Source: a virus. Taken from it: DNA of 64,000 nucleotides. The notes beneath the pieces were generated by a model. The model saw nothing but the letters and a program-made list of their open reading frames with translations. It ran no database searches and was not told where the DNA came from. Within the stretch, counting starts at the first letter, position 1, and each line of letters begins with the position of its first letter. The translations under genes were made by a program, and so were the position numbers. The stretch covers positions 14,975 to 78,974 of the IMG/VR virus record IMGVR_UViG_3300012936_003649; one strand, given 5' to 3'. This document shows, one piece after another, positions 48,822 through 57,724 of the stretch.

Positions 48822-49402
48822 GGCCTTATTTTCAATATGTAGAAGGTATAAATTTTACCCAAGAAACTCGAAAAAAACTTGCAGAAAATATTTTATCGAA
48901 TGCAGAAGATTATATTAGAAGTGCTAATTATAGGCACAACAAATATGGAAAATATGATTGGAATTGGTTCTGTCCTAGAGAACTTATGCCTACTGAACTT
49001 ATGGACGAAGTAGGAAAACGTTTCAAAATTCCTGTCGCATATGAAATACTTGGGCAAACTCCTTATACTGATGGAAAGATACATATTGATAGAAAAGTAG
49101 AAGGACTACCACCTAGAGTCACATTGATAAACTTTCCAGTATATCCATTTGATATGAATGTATATGGACCGACAAATTTTTTTAAATTAACAGACGGTAG
49201 TTACTCTGATTACGATAATGCTACATTTGAACTACAATGTAGCGTAGATTACAGTCACAACCTTCCAGTAATTTTTAATTTGCAAGAATATCATAATGCT
49301 GTAAACGATACAAATGATTATAGATTTAATGCACAATTCACAACAGATTTAGAAGCCGAAGAAATATTCGAACTTTACGATTCCGGAAAATTATTCGATT
49401 AA
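48818..49402 (+). CDS. 2OG-Fe(II) oxygenase-like protein
   Basis: IHID...R..LINFP...T.F...FNLQEYHNAVN....RFNAQ. Confidence 0.55.
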   Translation: MRPYFQYVEGINFTQETRKKLAENILSNAEDYIRSANYRHNKYGKYDWNWFCPRELMPTELMDEVGKRFKIPVAYEILGQTPYTDGKIHIDRKVEGLPPRVTLINFPVYPFDMNVYGPTNFFKLTDGSYSDYDNATFELQCSVDYSHNLPVIFNLQEYHNAVNDTNDYRFNAQFTTDLEAEEIFELYDSGKLFD

Positions 49403-51384
49403 ATTAAGTTAGCCCAAGCACCGTTTTCGTAGCCTTGGAATTTGTTAATCGTAGTATTGTAAATTACCATTCCATTAGCCGCTGTAAGTGCATCACGTTC
49501 TGTACTTGTTAGTGAACCAAACTGTACAAAAGATTGTGTAATTAAACCTCTTGTAGCACCTTCTAATTTCATTGATTCATTAAATGTACCGATTCCACCA
49601 AGTCTTGTCATAAACAGCATATCTGCTGTAATATTACTTGATGACACTGCTGTAACTTTACCTTTGATTCCAAGTGCAATTTGAGGAGAAGTTCCGTCAT
49701 TACCTGCCCAACTAAGTGTACCTAACAAGTCACCTACTTGCACTGTGGTCTGTGCCGCAACTGTACCTCTTGCTCTGTATAAGCCTAATTCGTTACAATA
49801 AGTTGCATCGTCGTGAATGTTTTGAATATTAACTACAGTGTCTGAAAAAGAACCGTTAGTTGATAATGAATAGTATTGTACTCTATTATTCGCTTGAGTA
49901 TTCTTACCAAAGTCTACAGTATTCTCAAATTCTGCTGGTTGCGAAGTAGTAATTGTACCATTGATATCACTTCCCGAATCAACTGTACCTGTAAGTGTTC
50001 CATTTACATTACCAGTAAATGTTGCATCTGTACCGTCTGTTCCTGAATCTAATACTACTTGACCACCTGTTGCCTTAACATCACCTTTGACGTTTCCTTC
50101 AACATTTCCTTGTAATTGGCCACTTGCAACAAAGTTGACAGCATATGCATTTGTTGTAATTGTAATATCATCTGCAAAAGCACTACCATTTACATCAAGT
50201 GTTGTTGCTGTAACACTACCTACGTTCATTGAACGGTTTGAAGTGTTAATCATTATAACTGAATCAGGTCCGATAATGTTACCATCTAAAATGTCTGCTC
50301 TTACATAACTAAAGTCTGCGTTTGTTGCCGTTACTGTTTTTGTTGAGTTATCTAAAAATACTGCATTATCTGCATGTAGTATGTTGCCTTTCATTAATCC
50401 GTTTATGTTTGTTGCGTTTAATGTTCCAGCCGCTAGTGTTCCGCTAAATGAACCAGTAATTAAATTTAAATCTTTAGAAGCAGTATTAAGAGCAACAGTA
50501 CTGTCATCTGAAATAACATCACCTGATATATTAATATCATATGTTTGTCCATCAACTACTCCGCCTGACCCGCCTGAGCCAGTTACTTGCACCCAACTAG
50601 AACCATTATAAACTTTTAATGTTTTAGTAGGATTATCAAATACAATCTGTCCTGCTTGTTCACTTCCTGCAATAGCAGTATAATCTGAAGAACCAAATGT
50701 TGCTAATTTTAAACCATAACCATTGTGTATGTCTACACTTTTTGCTGTTGTATCAACACTGAAAGAAGTACCACCTACAGTATCATCTACTCTAAATTGT
50801 TTTCCTGCTGTAGGAGCAACTGTTATATGACCACCTGCCGCTGTATTTGTAATTGTATTGTCGTTAGTATCAACATTACCGCTTGATTTTACTTCTACAG
50901 CCAAAGGCTGATTCATTGAAATTTCGCCGCCGGTTGCAGTAATTGTTGCACCGCCTAAGTTAATTGTTGTACCAGAAAGATATAAATCATTGAAGCGTTT
51001 TGTAGTGGAGCCTAAGTCATACACTTCATTTTGATCTGGAACAATATGGCCTTTTACTGTGCCATCTAAGTTTATGGAACTGTTTGTTGCGTCAACTAAA
51101 ATAGTGCTATCAGCACCTGTAACACTTTCTTTATCACCTTGATCATCGCCTGGGATAAAATTGCTACCGTCCCATTGTAGGATTTGACCTACTTGTATGC
51201 CTGCAATATTAACATCAGACATTTGATTAATACTACCTTGGGTACTGTCTACAGCAATACCTCCAACCGTTGTGCCGTCACCAACGAACATCTTTTTAGT
51301 GTCAGTAGTATAAACTAACTCACCTTCTAAAAAGGTTACGCCGCTTCGTTCAGCATCGGTTCCTCTTCTAATTCTTAAACTCAT
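49399..51384 (-). CDS. Tail fibre/adhesin with Mtd-like N-terminal domain
   Basis: LRIRRGT..ER......GELVYTTDTKKMFVGDG; C-terminal ERDALTAANGMVIYNTT.NKFQGY; late box upstream. Confidence 0.7.
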   Translation of the reverse strand: MSLRIRRGTDAERSGVTFLEGELVYTTDTKKMFVGDGTTVGGIAVDSTQGSINQMSDVNIAGIQVGQILQWDGSNFIPGDDQGDKESVTGADSTILVDATNSSINLDGTVKGHIVPDQNEVYDLGSTTKRFNDLYLSGTTINLGGATITATGGEISMNQPLAVEVKSSGNVDTNDNTITNTAAGGHITVAPTAGKQFRVDDTVGGTSFSVDTTAKSVDIHNGYGLKLATFGSSDYTAIAGSEQAGQIVFDNPTKTLKVYNGSSWVQVTGSGGSGGVVDGQTYDINISGDVISDDSTVALNTASKDLNLITGSFSGTLAAGTLNATNINGLMKGNILHADNAVFLDNSTKTVTATNADFSYVRADILDGNIIGPDSVIMINTSNRSMNVGSVTATTLDVNGSAFADDITITTNAYAVNFVASGQLQGNVEGNVKGDVKATGGQVVLDSGTDGTDATFTGNVNGTLTGTVDSGSDINGTITTSQPAEFENTVDFGKNTQANNRVQYYSLSTNGSFSDTVVNIQNIHDDATYCNELGLYRARGTVAAQTTVQVGDLLGTLSWAGNDGTSPQIALGIKGKVTAVSSSNITADMLFMTRLGGIGTFNESMKLEGATRGLITQSFVQFGSLTSTERDALTAANGMVIYNTTINKFQGYENGAWANLI

Positions 51385-51423
51385 TGAATGGCTCCTGAAT
51401 ATTCCATAATCTTACTTATACAG

Positions 51424-51431
51424 TATTTATG
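51424..51431 (-). promoter_or_regulatory. Late promoter box CATAAATA
   Basis: Upstream of AGGAG and ATG 51384. Confidence 0.5.
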
Positions 51432-51457
51432 CCTTTGACAAACTAACTGTATTTTAT

Positions 51458-51769
51458 TTATTTACGTTTTTTCATAAAGGTTTTTGTACGTCCTTCTATG
51501 TCTTTTCGTACTTTATGGGTATTTAACCTAAAATCTATGCTGTCAATGGCCTTATCATACTCTCTAAATAAGGACTCTAAACCGTATTCTAAGTCAGGAT
51601 TTGGGGGTGTTTTTTTGTCTAATTCTATTATCCATGCTTTACCGTCTTTAAATTTGACAGTAATAGATTGGAGGTATTCAAGGGGTACAGTACGTACTTC
51701 AATATCCTTGAATACTTCCGGCCAATGAGCAATGACGTCTTTTGATAACTTGTTGCTTTTACGAGACAC
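51458..51769 (-). CDS. Hypothetical phage protein
   Basis: 103 aa ORF in a co-directional run. Confidence 0.55.
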   Translation of the reverse strand: MSRKSNKLSKDVIAHWPEVFKDIEVRTVPLEYLQSITVKFKDGKAWIIELDKKTPPNPDLEYGLESLFREYDKAIDSIDFRLNTHKVRKDIEGRTKTFMKKRK

Positions 51770-52352
51770 TTTCGGTCATCTTTGCCTTTTTCTTCGTCGG
51801 AACAAGTTCCTCCGCTTGTTCACGCAATCTCTTTGCTTCTTTAAACAAAGAGTCGGCTTGTGACCTATATTGTGCCGCTAATGCTTCATCATCAAGCGGT
51901 GCTTCGCTTGTTGGTGTAGCATCTTCCACTGCCGGTGCAGTAGGTGCTTGCGTTGATTGTGTAGTATCTGGAACTGCTAATTCTTCGATTGTTACACCTT
52001 TTTGGTCAGCAATCATCTGATTGATTTCATCTAATTTAATAGCAGTAGTTCTATTAGGTGTAAGTTCTACAATATTAGTAGGAACTTTTACTAATTTACC
52101 TGTTTGATGGAAACGTGCTAACATGTTAGAACCATCTGTAAGTTGTGTTCTAGCCATTACAGTTGAAAGTTCATCGGCTGTTTGACCAGCATTACTTTCT
52201 ACCATTGTAATTAATGTATCATGATCAGCCGCTTCTAAACTTTCTGTATGGATAACAAGACAGTTTTCAGGTTCACCTGGAACTACTCTGTATGCCACGA
52301 CTAATTTTCTATTGTTAGTAGTAAGTCTACCAACGTGCTTTATCTCAGCCAT
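51759..52352 (-). CDS. Hypothetical phage protein
   Basis: Start MAEIKHVG after AGGAG; C-terminal coiled-coil-like segment. Confidence 0.6.
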   Translation of the reverse strand: MAEIKHVGRLTTNNRKLVVAYRVVPGEPENCLVIHTESLEAADHDTLITMVESNAGQTADELSTVMARTQLTDGSNMLARFHQTGKLVKVPTNIVELTPNRTTAIKLDEINQMIADQKGVTIEELAVPDTTQSTQAPTAPAVEDATPTSEAPLDDEALAAQYRSQADSLFKEAKRLREQAEELVPTKKKAKMTESVS

Positions 52353-52353
52353 A

Positions 52354-52647
52354 TTATGCTCCTTTTGCAGGTCCTGTTTCAGTAGGTGCCTGTTGTGTTT
52401 GGTTTGCTTGTTGTTGTACCGCTGAAAGGAATGCTTCAAGTTTACCGTAAACTTGTCCAACACTCATCATTTCATTTGGTTTAAATGCTCCACGTGAACT
52501 AGCAACATCAATAATTGTTTTTAGTCCTTGGAGGTCTTGTACTGACAAGTCTGCTCCTGCTTGTGGTGTTGCCGGTGCATCTGCAGGTGCAGTTGCTGGC
52601 GTATCCACTGCCGGTGCGTCTTGTTTTGTATCTTTTGTATCGCTCAT
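52354..52647 (-). CDS. Hypothetical phage protein
   Basis: AGGAG RBS and AATAAATA box (52687-52680); core IIDVASSRGAFKPNEM. Confidence 0.6.
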   Translation of the reverse strand: MSDTKDTKQDAPAVDTPATAPADAPATPQAGADLSVQDLQGLKTIIDVASSRGAFKPNEMMSVGQVYGKLEAFLSAVQQQANQTQQAPTETGPAKGA

Positions 52648-52682
52648 TATTTACTCCTATATTATATATATGCGTACTTTAT

Positions 52683-52958
52683 TTATTTGTACCGCAAAAG
52701 TGGACAGGCTAACATGAAATAACTAAGTTCTTTTCCATCTTCAAATCCCACTCTAACTACAGTGTTATTTCGTGAAGGATCAGCCGTTTTTGTAACAATA
52801 AAACGTCCTTTAAGATGCTCTGTTATCCAGTCCTGAATTGCGGATTCAAGGTTATAAAGCACTTCTATGTCCGCATATTCAAAATGCGGGGGAAGTACTT
52901 TAGGATTTCTTATTTTAAATACATTATTCGGATTTGGTGCTTTAAGCGGCTTCATCAT
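52683..52958 (-). CDS. Hypothetical phage protein
   Basis: 91 aa ORF overlapping the upstream gene. Confidence 0.5.
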   Translation of the reverse strand: MMKPLKAPNPNNVFKIRNPKVLPPHFEYADIEVLYNLESAIQDWITEHLKGRFIVTKTADPSRNNTVVRVGFEDGKELSYFMLACPLLRYK

Positions 52959-54231
52959 AGTGTGCAGTTACTCCAAATGGTGCTTGTAAGTTCTTGTCAC
53001 GATGGCTATGGATAACAAAAATTGTATCACAGTAATCTTCATCACCCCAACTACCAAATGGATATCCATCTGTAAACATAATAAACTTTTTAGGAACTAT
53101 ATCGTTTTCCTTCATATAAATCCAATTAGCGTCAAAGTCAGTACCACCGCCACCAAGTATTTCATAATCAGTTAAATCTTGACCGCCGTCTGCACTGAAA
53201 TCTTCTTCATTATAGACTTTAGTATCGAAGCACCATAATTTAATTTTGTAATCTTTATATTCGTCCATAATACCTTTTACTTCACCTAAGAAGTCTTGTG
53301 CTTGTATATCTCCTATAGATCCACTCATATCAATACCGATACAAATATCAATTGTATCCATAAAATTCATACCTGGTAATATTGCACCAGTATGCCAACC
53401 TTTACGTGAAGGACGACTGAAAGTAAAATCACTTTTAATTGTTGATTGTATTTGCTGACGTAACAATTCACGCCAATTCATTTTAGGTTCCGTTAACTCT
53501 TTAATCATACGTGCAATCTCGCCTGGAGTATTACCAGCACCTGCTGATTGAGCAGATGTAATCATACTTTCTTTAATTTCGTCACGTATCTTTTTTAATT
53601 CTTCTTTTGAATATGAAGGACGTTTAGATTTCTTATCTTTTTCTTTACCTCCACCTTTGCCAGGATTTTTGCCTTCGCCTTCTTTATCTCCGTCTTTCTC
53701 CCAGTCAATGTGTTCGTCTAAAAGTTCACCTAGTGCTTGTAATTCTTCTTCATCGTACTTGTTATAGATATCATCATATATTTCTTCTGATGTCCAATCA
53801 TCATATTTAAAGTCTTGGAAAATTTGAATTTGATCTACACGTTCGCCAATCTTGTCGCGTACTAACAAATTATTAACTTTGTAGTCACACGCAATATTGA
53901 ATATACGAGGATTCCGGTCTTCTCTACGGATAATGTGATCAAATACGCAATGAAGAATTTCGTGGGCAATAACAAACTCAATTTGTTTGTTAGTAAGCAT
54001 ATTAAAAAATTGTGTATTGTAGTATAAATTTCTACCGTCTGTAGCGGCTGTAGGACACCAATCATCGCAGTTCTGTACACGCATTCTAGTAGCCATATTA
54101 CCAAAGAAAGGGTGTCTTAGCAAAAGACCTACTCTTGCAACAATGACTCTATCGTGAACATCTTCACGCATTTTTTCTAGTTCTTCTTTGGATAATTCTA
54201 CTGGTTGAAACCCTTTAGTATCTAAGCCCAT
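52942..54231 (-). CDS. Metallopeptidase-like/VWA-domain protein (DUF2201-like), MoxR partner
   Basis: TAATDG, HEILH (HExxH), DMSGS MIDAS motif, GGGGTDF, FTDGY. Confidence 0.8.
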   Translation of the reverse strand: MGLDTKGFQPVELSKEELEKMREDVHDRVIVARVGLLLRHPFFGNMATRMRVQNCDDWCPTAATDGRNLYYNTQFFNMLTNKQIEFVIAHEILHCVFDHIIRREDRNPRIFNIACDYKVNNLLVRDKIGERVDQIQIFQDFKYDDWTSEEIYDDIYNKYDEEELQALGELLDEHIDWEKDGDKEGEGKNPGKGGGKEKDKKSKRPSYSKEELKKIRDEIKESMITSAQSAGAGNTPGEIARMIKELTEPKMNWRELLRQQIQSTIKSDFTFSRPSRKGWHTGAILPGMNFMDTIDICIGIDMSGSIGDIQAQDFLGEVKGIMDEYKDYKIKLWCFDTKVYNEEDFSADGGQDLTDYEILGGGGTDFDANWIYMKENDIVPKKFIMFTDGYPFGSWGDEDYCDTIFVIHSHRDKNLQAPFGVTAHYDEAA

Positions 54232-54259
54232 GCCATGTCCTTTTTGTTACTATACATAT

Positions 54260-54287
54260 ATAATAGCATATTTACGTTTTTAGTCAA
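54260..54287 (-). promoter_or_regulatory. Sigma70-type promoter TTGACT-N16-TATTAT
   Basis: Intergenic, with extended -10 TG; similar to the promoter at 55504. Confidence 0.5.
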
Positions 54288-54301
54288 CCTGTTTTGGTAA
54301 G

Positions 54302-54333
54302 AATAAAGGGTAGAGATAGCCCTACCCTTTATT
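54302..54333 (-). terminator. Intrinsic terminator hairpin
   Basis: Perfect 12-bp inverted repeat AATAAAGGGTAG/CTACCCTTTATT just after the ATPase stop codon. Confidence 0.7.
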
Positions 54334-54336
54334 ACA

Positions 54337-55419
54337 TTAGTTACTGGCGGCACTTATGTACTTGCCAAAACGTTCATGGAACTCATCAAAACAAGCAACT
54401 TCGTCTGGATCGATCGGTAATTGGTATTGTGTAATAGCAACCTTAATCCCCATAACGACAAGTTCTGTTTCGAAGTTGTCCATTGCAAATCGCAGGAAGT
54501 TATTAACCATGTCATCAAACTTTTTATCATTTTTATCTGATGCTTGTTTAAGTTCATAGCAAAGGCTCACTGTCAAGGAATACATGGCACTGATTTCTTT
54601 AGTGGCCATTTCTTTAACTTTGCCTGCGAGTATATCAGATGGATTAGGCATACTAGCGGCAACCTTACGGTGAGCCATAAATTTGACAGCCAAACCTTCT
54701 CCAACTGCACCACTAATCAAATCAGTAGTGGTAGTTTCGTCATCGTCATCTTCAAGTAGTTCGGAAACAAACGACCAAGTTCTTGGTGTTGCAAAAGAAC
54801 GTGAAGGAGACTTTGGATCGAAATCGTATAAGTCTTTTTTACTAAATGTTAAGTAACCAACAACATCATTATGGATATTGTTATCTACTGCCCATGCAAA
54901 CCAGTCATCAAAATCAACTGCTAGTTCTAAGTGAACAAAACGATTGGCAAGTGGAGCAGGCATTCTATAAGTAACACCTTTGTCTGCTTCACGGTTACCA
55001 GCCGCAACAATAAGAACGTTGTCAGGCAATTTATATTGTCCAACACGTCTATTTAAAATTAATTGATAAGCCGCCGCTTGTACTGCCGGAGCCGCAGAGT
55101 TCATTTCATCTAAGAAAAGAACAATATAATCGAACTTCTTTGCAAATTCTTCTGTTGGAAGTTCTTGTGGTGGTGCCCACATCATTGTGTTATCGTTTGC
55201 CGCATAATACGGGATACCTTTAATATCAGTTGGTTCCCAAAGTGATAAACGTACATCAATTAGATGCGAGTTTTTTAGTTGTTCTGTGATTTGCCCAACA
55301 ATATCAGATTTTCCAATACCTGGAGGGCCCCACATAAAAATAGGACGTTTTTTCTTGAATGCCCTAATAATACTTTTCTTTGCTCCATTTGGAGTAACAG
55401 TTCGTACTACAGATTCCAT
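54337..55419 (-). CDS. MoxR-like AAA+ ATPase
   Basis: Walker A GPPGIGKS, Walker B LFLDE, AAGN sensor, PLANRF; start MESVVR after GAGG. Confidence 0.85.
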   Translation of the reverse strand: MESVVRTVTPNGAKKSIIRAFKKKRPIFMWGPPGIGKSDIVGQITEQLKNSHLIDVRLSLWEPTDIKGIPYYAANDNTMMWAPPQELPTEEFAKKFDYIVLFLDEMNSAAPAVQAAAYQLILNRRVGQYKLPDNVLIVAAGNREADKGVTYRMPAPLANRFVHLELAVDFDDWFAWAVDNNIHNDVVGYLTFSKKDLYDFDPKSPSRSFATPRTWSFVSELLEDDDDETTTTDLISGAVGEGLAVKFMAHRKVAASMPNPSDILAGKVKEMATKEISAMYSLTVSLCYELKQASDKNDKKFDDMVNNFLRFAMDNFETELVVMGIKVAITQYQLPIDPDEVACFDEFHERFGKYISAASN

Positions 55420-55475
55420 GTTATATTCCTCGTTTGTTTGTATCAGTGCCATACTTAATTTCTTAGTATGTATAT

Positions 55476-55504
55476 ATAATAACACAGGTTATGAGGAAAG
55501 TCAA
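55476..55504 (-). promoter_or_regulatory. Sigma70-type promoter TTGACT-N17-TATTAT
   Basis: Intergenic, upstream of the ATPase. Confidence 0.6.
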
Positions 55505-55514
55505 CCTTTTTTGG

Positions 55515-55895
55515 TTACTTTTTTTGTCTGTTTAATGCTTTGGTAAGTCCATATTTCTTTACATCTCCACTAAAAAGATGTAGTTCGAGTGCTTTCTTTT
55601 CATCTGTGACTTCTATAGAATACTTACATAACCAATAAGGGCAATCAATAAATTGGTCTAACCAAATTATAGTGTTAGTTGTAAGTTCAAAATCTTTTGG
55701 AAATGGTATTTCGTAGGTTGCAAGTTCTAATTTGGTTTTTAAAAATTCTAATCCATAATCTGTAAGTCTTAATCCGCCTTCTTCTTTGACTCTAGTATTT
55801 TGCCATAATGTAGACATATACTCTTTCATAGTAACATCTGATATAGCAATTTCGGCTTGTTTTAAAAAAACCTTAGTATATGTTTCTTTGTTCAT
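55515..55895 (-). CDS. Hypothetical phage protein
   Basis: 126 aa; GGLRLTDYG motif; ATGA-coupled start. Confidence 0.55.
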   Translation of the reverse strand: MNKETYTKVFLKQAEIAISDVTMKEYMSTLWQNTRVKEEGGLRLTDYGLEFLKTKLELATYEIPFPKDFELTTNTIIWLDQFIDCPYWLCKYSIEVTDEKKALELHLFSGDVKKYGLTKALNRQKK

Positions 55896-56182
55896 TCTTC
55901 TTCAACTATTTCACCTGTACTTAATTTATATACAGAAAAGTCTTTACAATTGAACATCTCATTTAATTTACTTGCTAGATTATGTGCATGACCTGGATTT
56001 GAAAAACTTGTTTTCTTATATTTAGGTCCTGGATAATTAGTTAACATATTGGAACTTTTTAAATTAAAAGGTTTGTCTTTATGAAAGACAGCCCATATGG
56101 CTTCTGCTTCTAATACTTGTTCACTACGATATGTTTTCTTATTTACAAATTCTAGTAATACCGTTGGTTTTGGTCTACTCAT
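55892..56182 (-). CDS. Hypothetical phage protein
   Basis: MSRPKP...GPKYKKTSFSNPGHAHNLA; GATAAATA box at 56219-56212. Confidence 0.6.
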   Translation of the reverse strand: MSRPKPTVLLEFVNKKTYRSEQVLEAEAIWAVFHKDKPFNLKSSNMLTNYPGPKYKKTSFSNPGHAHNLASKLNEMFNCKDFSVYKLSTGEIVEEE

Positions 56183-56243
56183 GCGTACTTCCTTTTAATT
56201 ATATACGCATATATTTATCTCTTTTTTTAGGTAATAGTAGCAG

Positions 56244-56783
56244 TTATCTAAGATTTAGACCTAACTTATTAACAGTCTGTTGGACACATAATGCCTGTAC
56301 TTTACAATCTTCTAATGCGTTATGTGCTTCAAACTTTATCTCTTTGCGTGGATCTGTAGGCATAATGCCGAACAATGTTCTACTGTCTTTTATTTTCCAA
56401 AAAGGCCAAGGTAAATGATGATCGTATTGTCTAAACATATCTTCAAGTATAACAATATCAAACGCAGGACCTTGGCACCAAATAGTGTCTACACCTACAC
56501 ACCATTTGTTTAATTTTTTTAAAACACTTAATACAGGTGTTCTATCATGGTCACCTAATGCTTCGTCAACTACACTTTGTTCTTGTGTTGCCCACCAATC
56601 AAGTGTGCTTTTGGAAGTTGTTCGACCTTTGCTTAATTGTTCGTCTACATTAAATCTGTAATAAAAATGTTGTGTAGTTTCTTTGATAGAATTAGGATCG
56701 AACTTAACACCTCCAATAGTTAGTACCACCGCAGTTGGTAAAACATCTAATGTTTCTAGATCGATCATTGCGTGTGTTGTCAT
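56244..56783 (-). CDS. DEDDh 3'-5' exonuclease
   Basis: MIDLETL, W..G..FD..IL, D.RT, HNALED. Confidence 0.85.
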   Translation of the reverse strand: MTTHAMIDLETLDVLPTAVVLTIGGVKFDPNSIKETTQHFYYRFNVDEQLSKGRTTSKSTLDWWATQEQSVVDEALGDHDRTPVLSVLKKLNKWCVGVDTIWCQGPAFDIVILEDMFRQYDHHLPWPFWKIKDSRTLFGIMPTDPRKEIKFEAHNALEDCKVQALCVQQTVNKLGLNLR

Positions 56784-56905
56784 GCTATTTTCTTTAAAAC
56801 TTCTGCTATTTTATCAATTAACCATTTCTCTTCAGCACTTGGTACCCAACTTTCTTCAGGTATTAGTGTGTCAAATGCTTCCCACATTGCATCTTGTTCA
56901 TCCAT
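56780..56905 (-). CDS. Small hypothetical protein (41 aa)
   Basis: MDEQDAMWEAFD...; ATGA overlap with the exonuclease; not in the ORF track. Confidence 0.35.
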   Translation of the reverse strand: MDEQDAMWEAFDTLIPEESWVPSAEEKWLIDKIAEVLKKIA

Positions 56906-57036
56906 TATAATATCCTTAATAATATGATTACTTGTAATACTAAGACAGCAATCGGTACAATAGTTCTAATTAGTTCCATTGTATGATTATACTCGTCTAA
57001 TTTTCTTTCAAGTTTATTTCTCTTCGCCATACGTCC

Positions 57037-57276
57037 TTACCAGTTGTTACCACCATCCATTTGTACTTCAACGGATTCTTCTTTACTTGCATTTTCTTTA
57101 ACAAATTTTTCCATATCACCTTGTAGTCTAGCCATAACAATACCTAATGTAAATGCAAGTCCTTTTGCTTGTTGCATAGTAAGTTTTACTTCTTTGGCTT
57201 GACTTGCATCAGCACCTTTGACAGTGTTTATAAAATTTTGTATAGGTGCAGTATTAAGAGGATCTTGCGTTGACAC
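57037..57276 (-). CDS. Hypothetical phage protein
   Basis: 79 aa ORF in a co-directional run. Confidence 0.5.
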   Translation of the reverse strand: MSTQDPLNTAPIQNFINTVKGADASQAKEVKLTMQQAKGLAFTLGIVMARLQGDMEKFVKENASKEESVEVQMDGGNNW

Positions 57277-57724
57277 GTGATAACTCCGTTCTCATTTCTA
57301 TATCAGTCATAAATGGACCGCTATAATTATATCTTTCAATTGTAATTTGTTTAGGGCAAAAACTTTTTACCCAACCTTTTTCAAATTGAATACAGTAATA
57401 TCCTGCACAATATAAACTTTTTGATTTATTACTTTTGCTAAACAAAGGTAATTTATTTTTTACATCATACATTGGATTGAAAGGTTCACAACTTGTTGGA
57501 TATCCGTGTACTTCAAATTCTGACTTTTCATCTTTATCATCAGCAGTACTCCAAGTTATTTTTCCTAAATGTTTTTTGAGTTGATTAAAATCACCAAACA
57601 CTTGTGTTCCTGCTCCGCAAGAATATGTGTAACACTCTTCGGCGGCACTTAATGTTCCTACCTTAGAGCCGTTTTCTTCAACAATCCAAAATTTATCTTT
57701 TAAGACTTCTTTTGCTTTTATCAT
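57254..57724 (-). CDS. Hypothetical phage protein
   Basis: Start MIKAKEV after GAGG; SKSLYCAGYY...WVKSFCPK motif. Confidence 0.55.
   Translation of the reverse strand: MIKAKEVLKDKFWIVEENGSKVGTLSAAEECYTYSCGAGTQVFGDFNQLKKHLGKITWSTADDKDEKSEFEVHGYPTSCEPFNPMYDVKNKLPLFSKSNKSKSLYCAGYYCIQFEKGWVKSFCPKQITIERYNYSGPFMTDIEMRTELSRVNARSS

Noticed and set aside
12035-49402. Island as a bacterial or mobile-element insertion
   Set aside because: No integrase, transposase or att-like repeat was seen; AT content, gene overlaps and late-type boxes match the flanking phage genes. Read-level confirmation is still needed.
49399-51384. Diversity-generating retroelement suggested by the Mtd-like N-terminus
   Set aside because: No reverse transcriptase or TR/VR repeat pair is visible; the domain is a generic fibre N-terminus.
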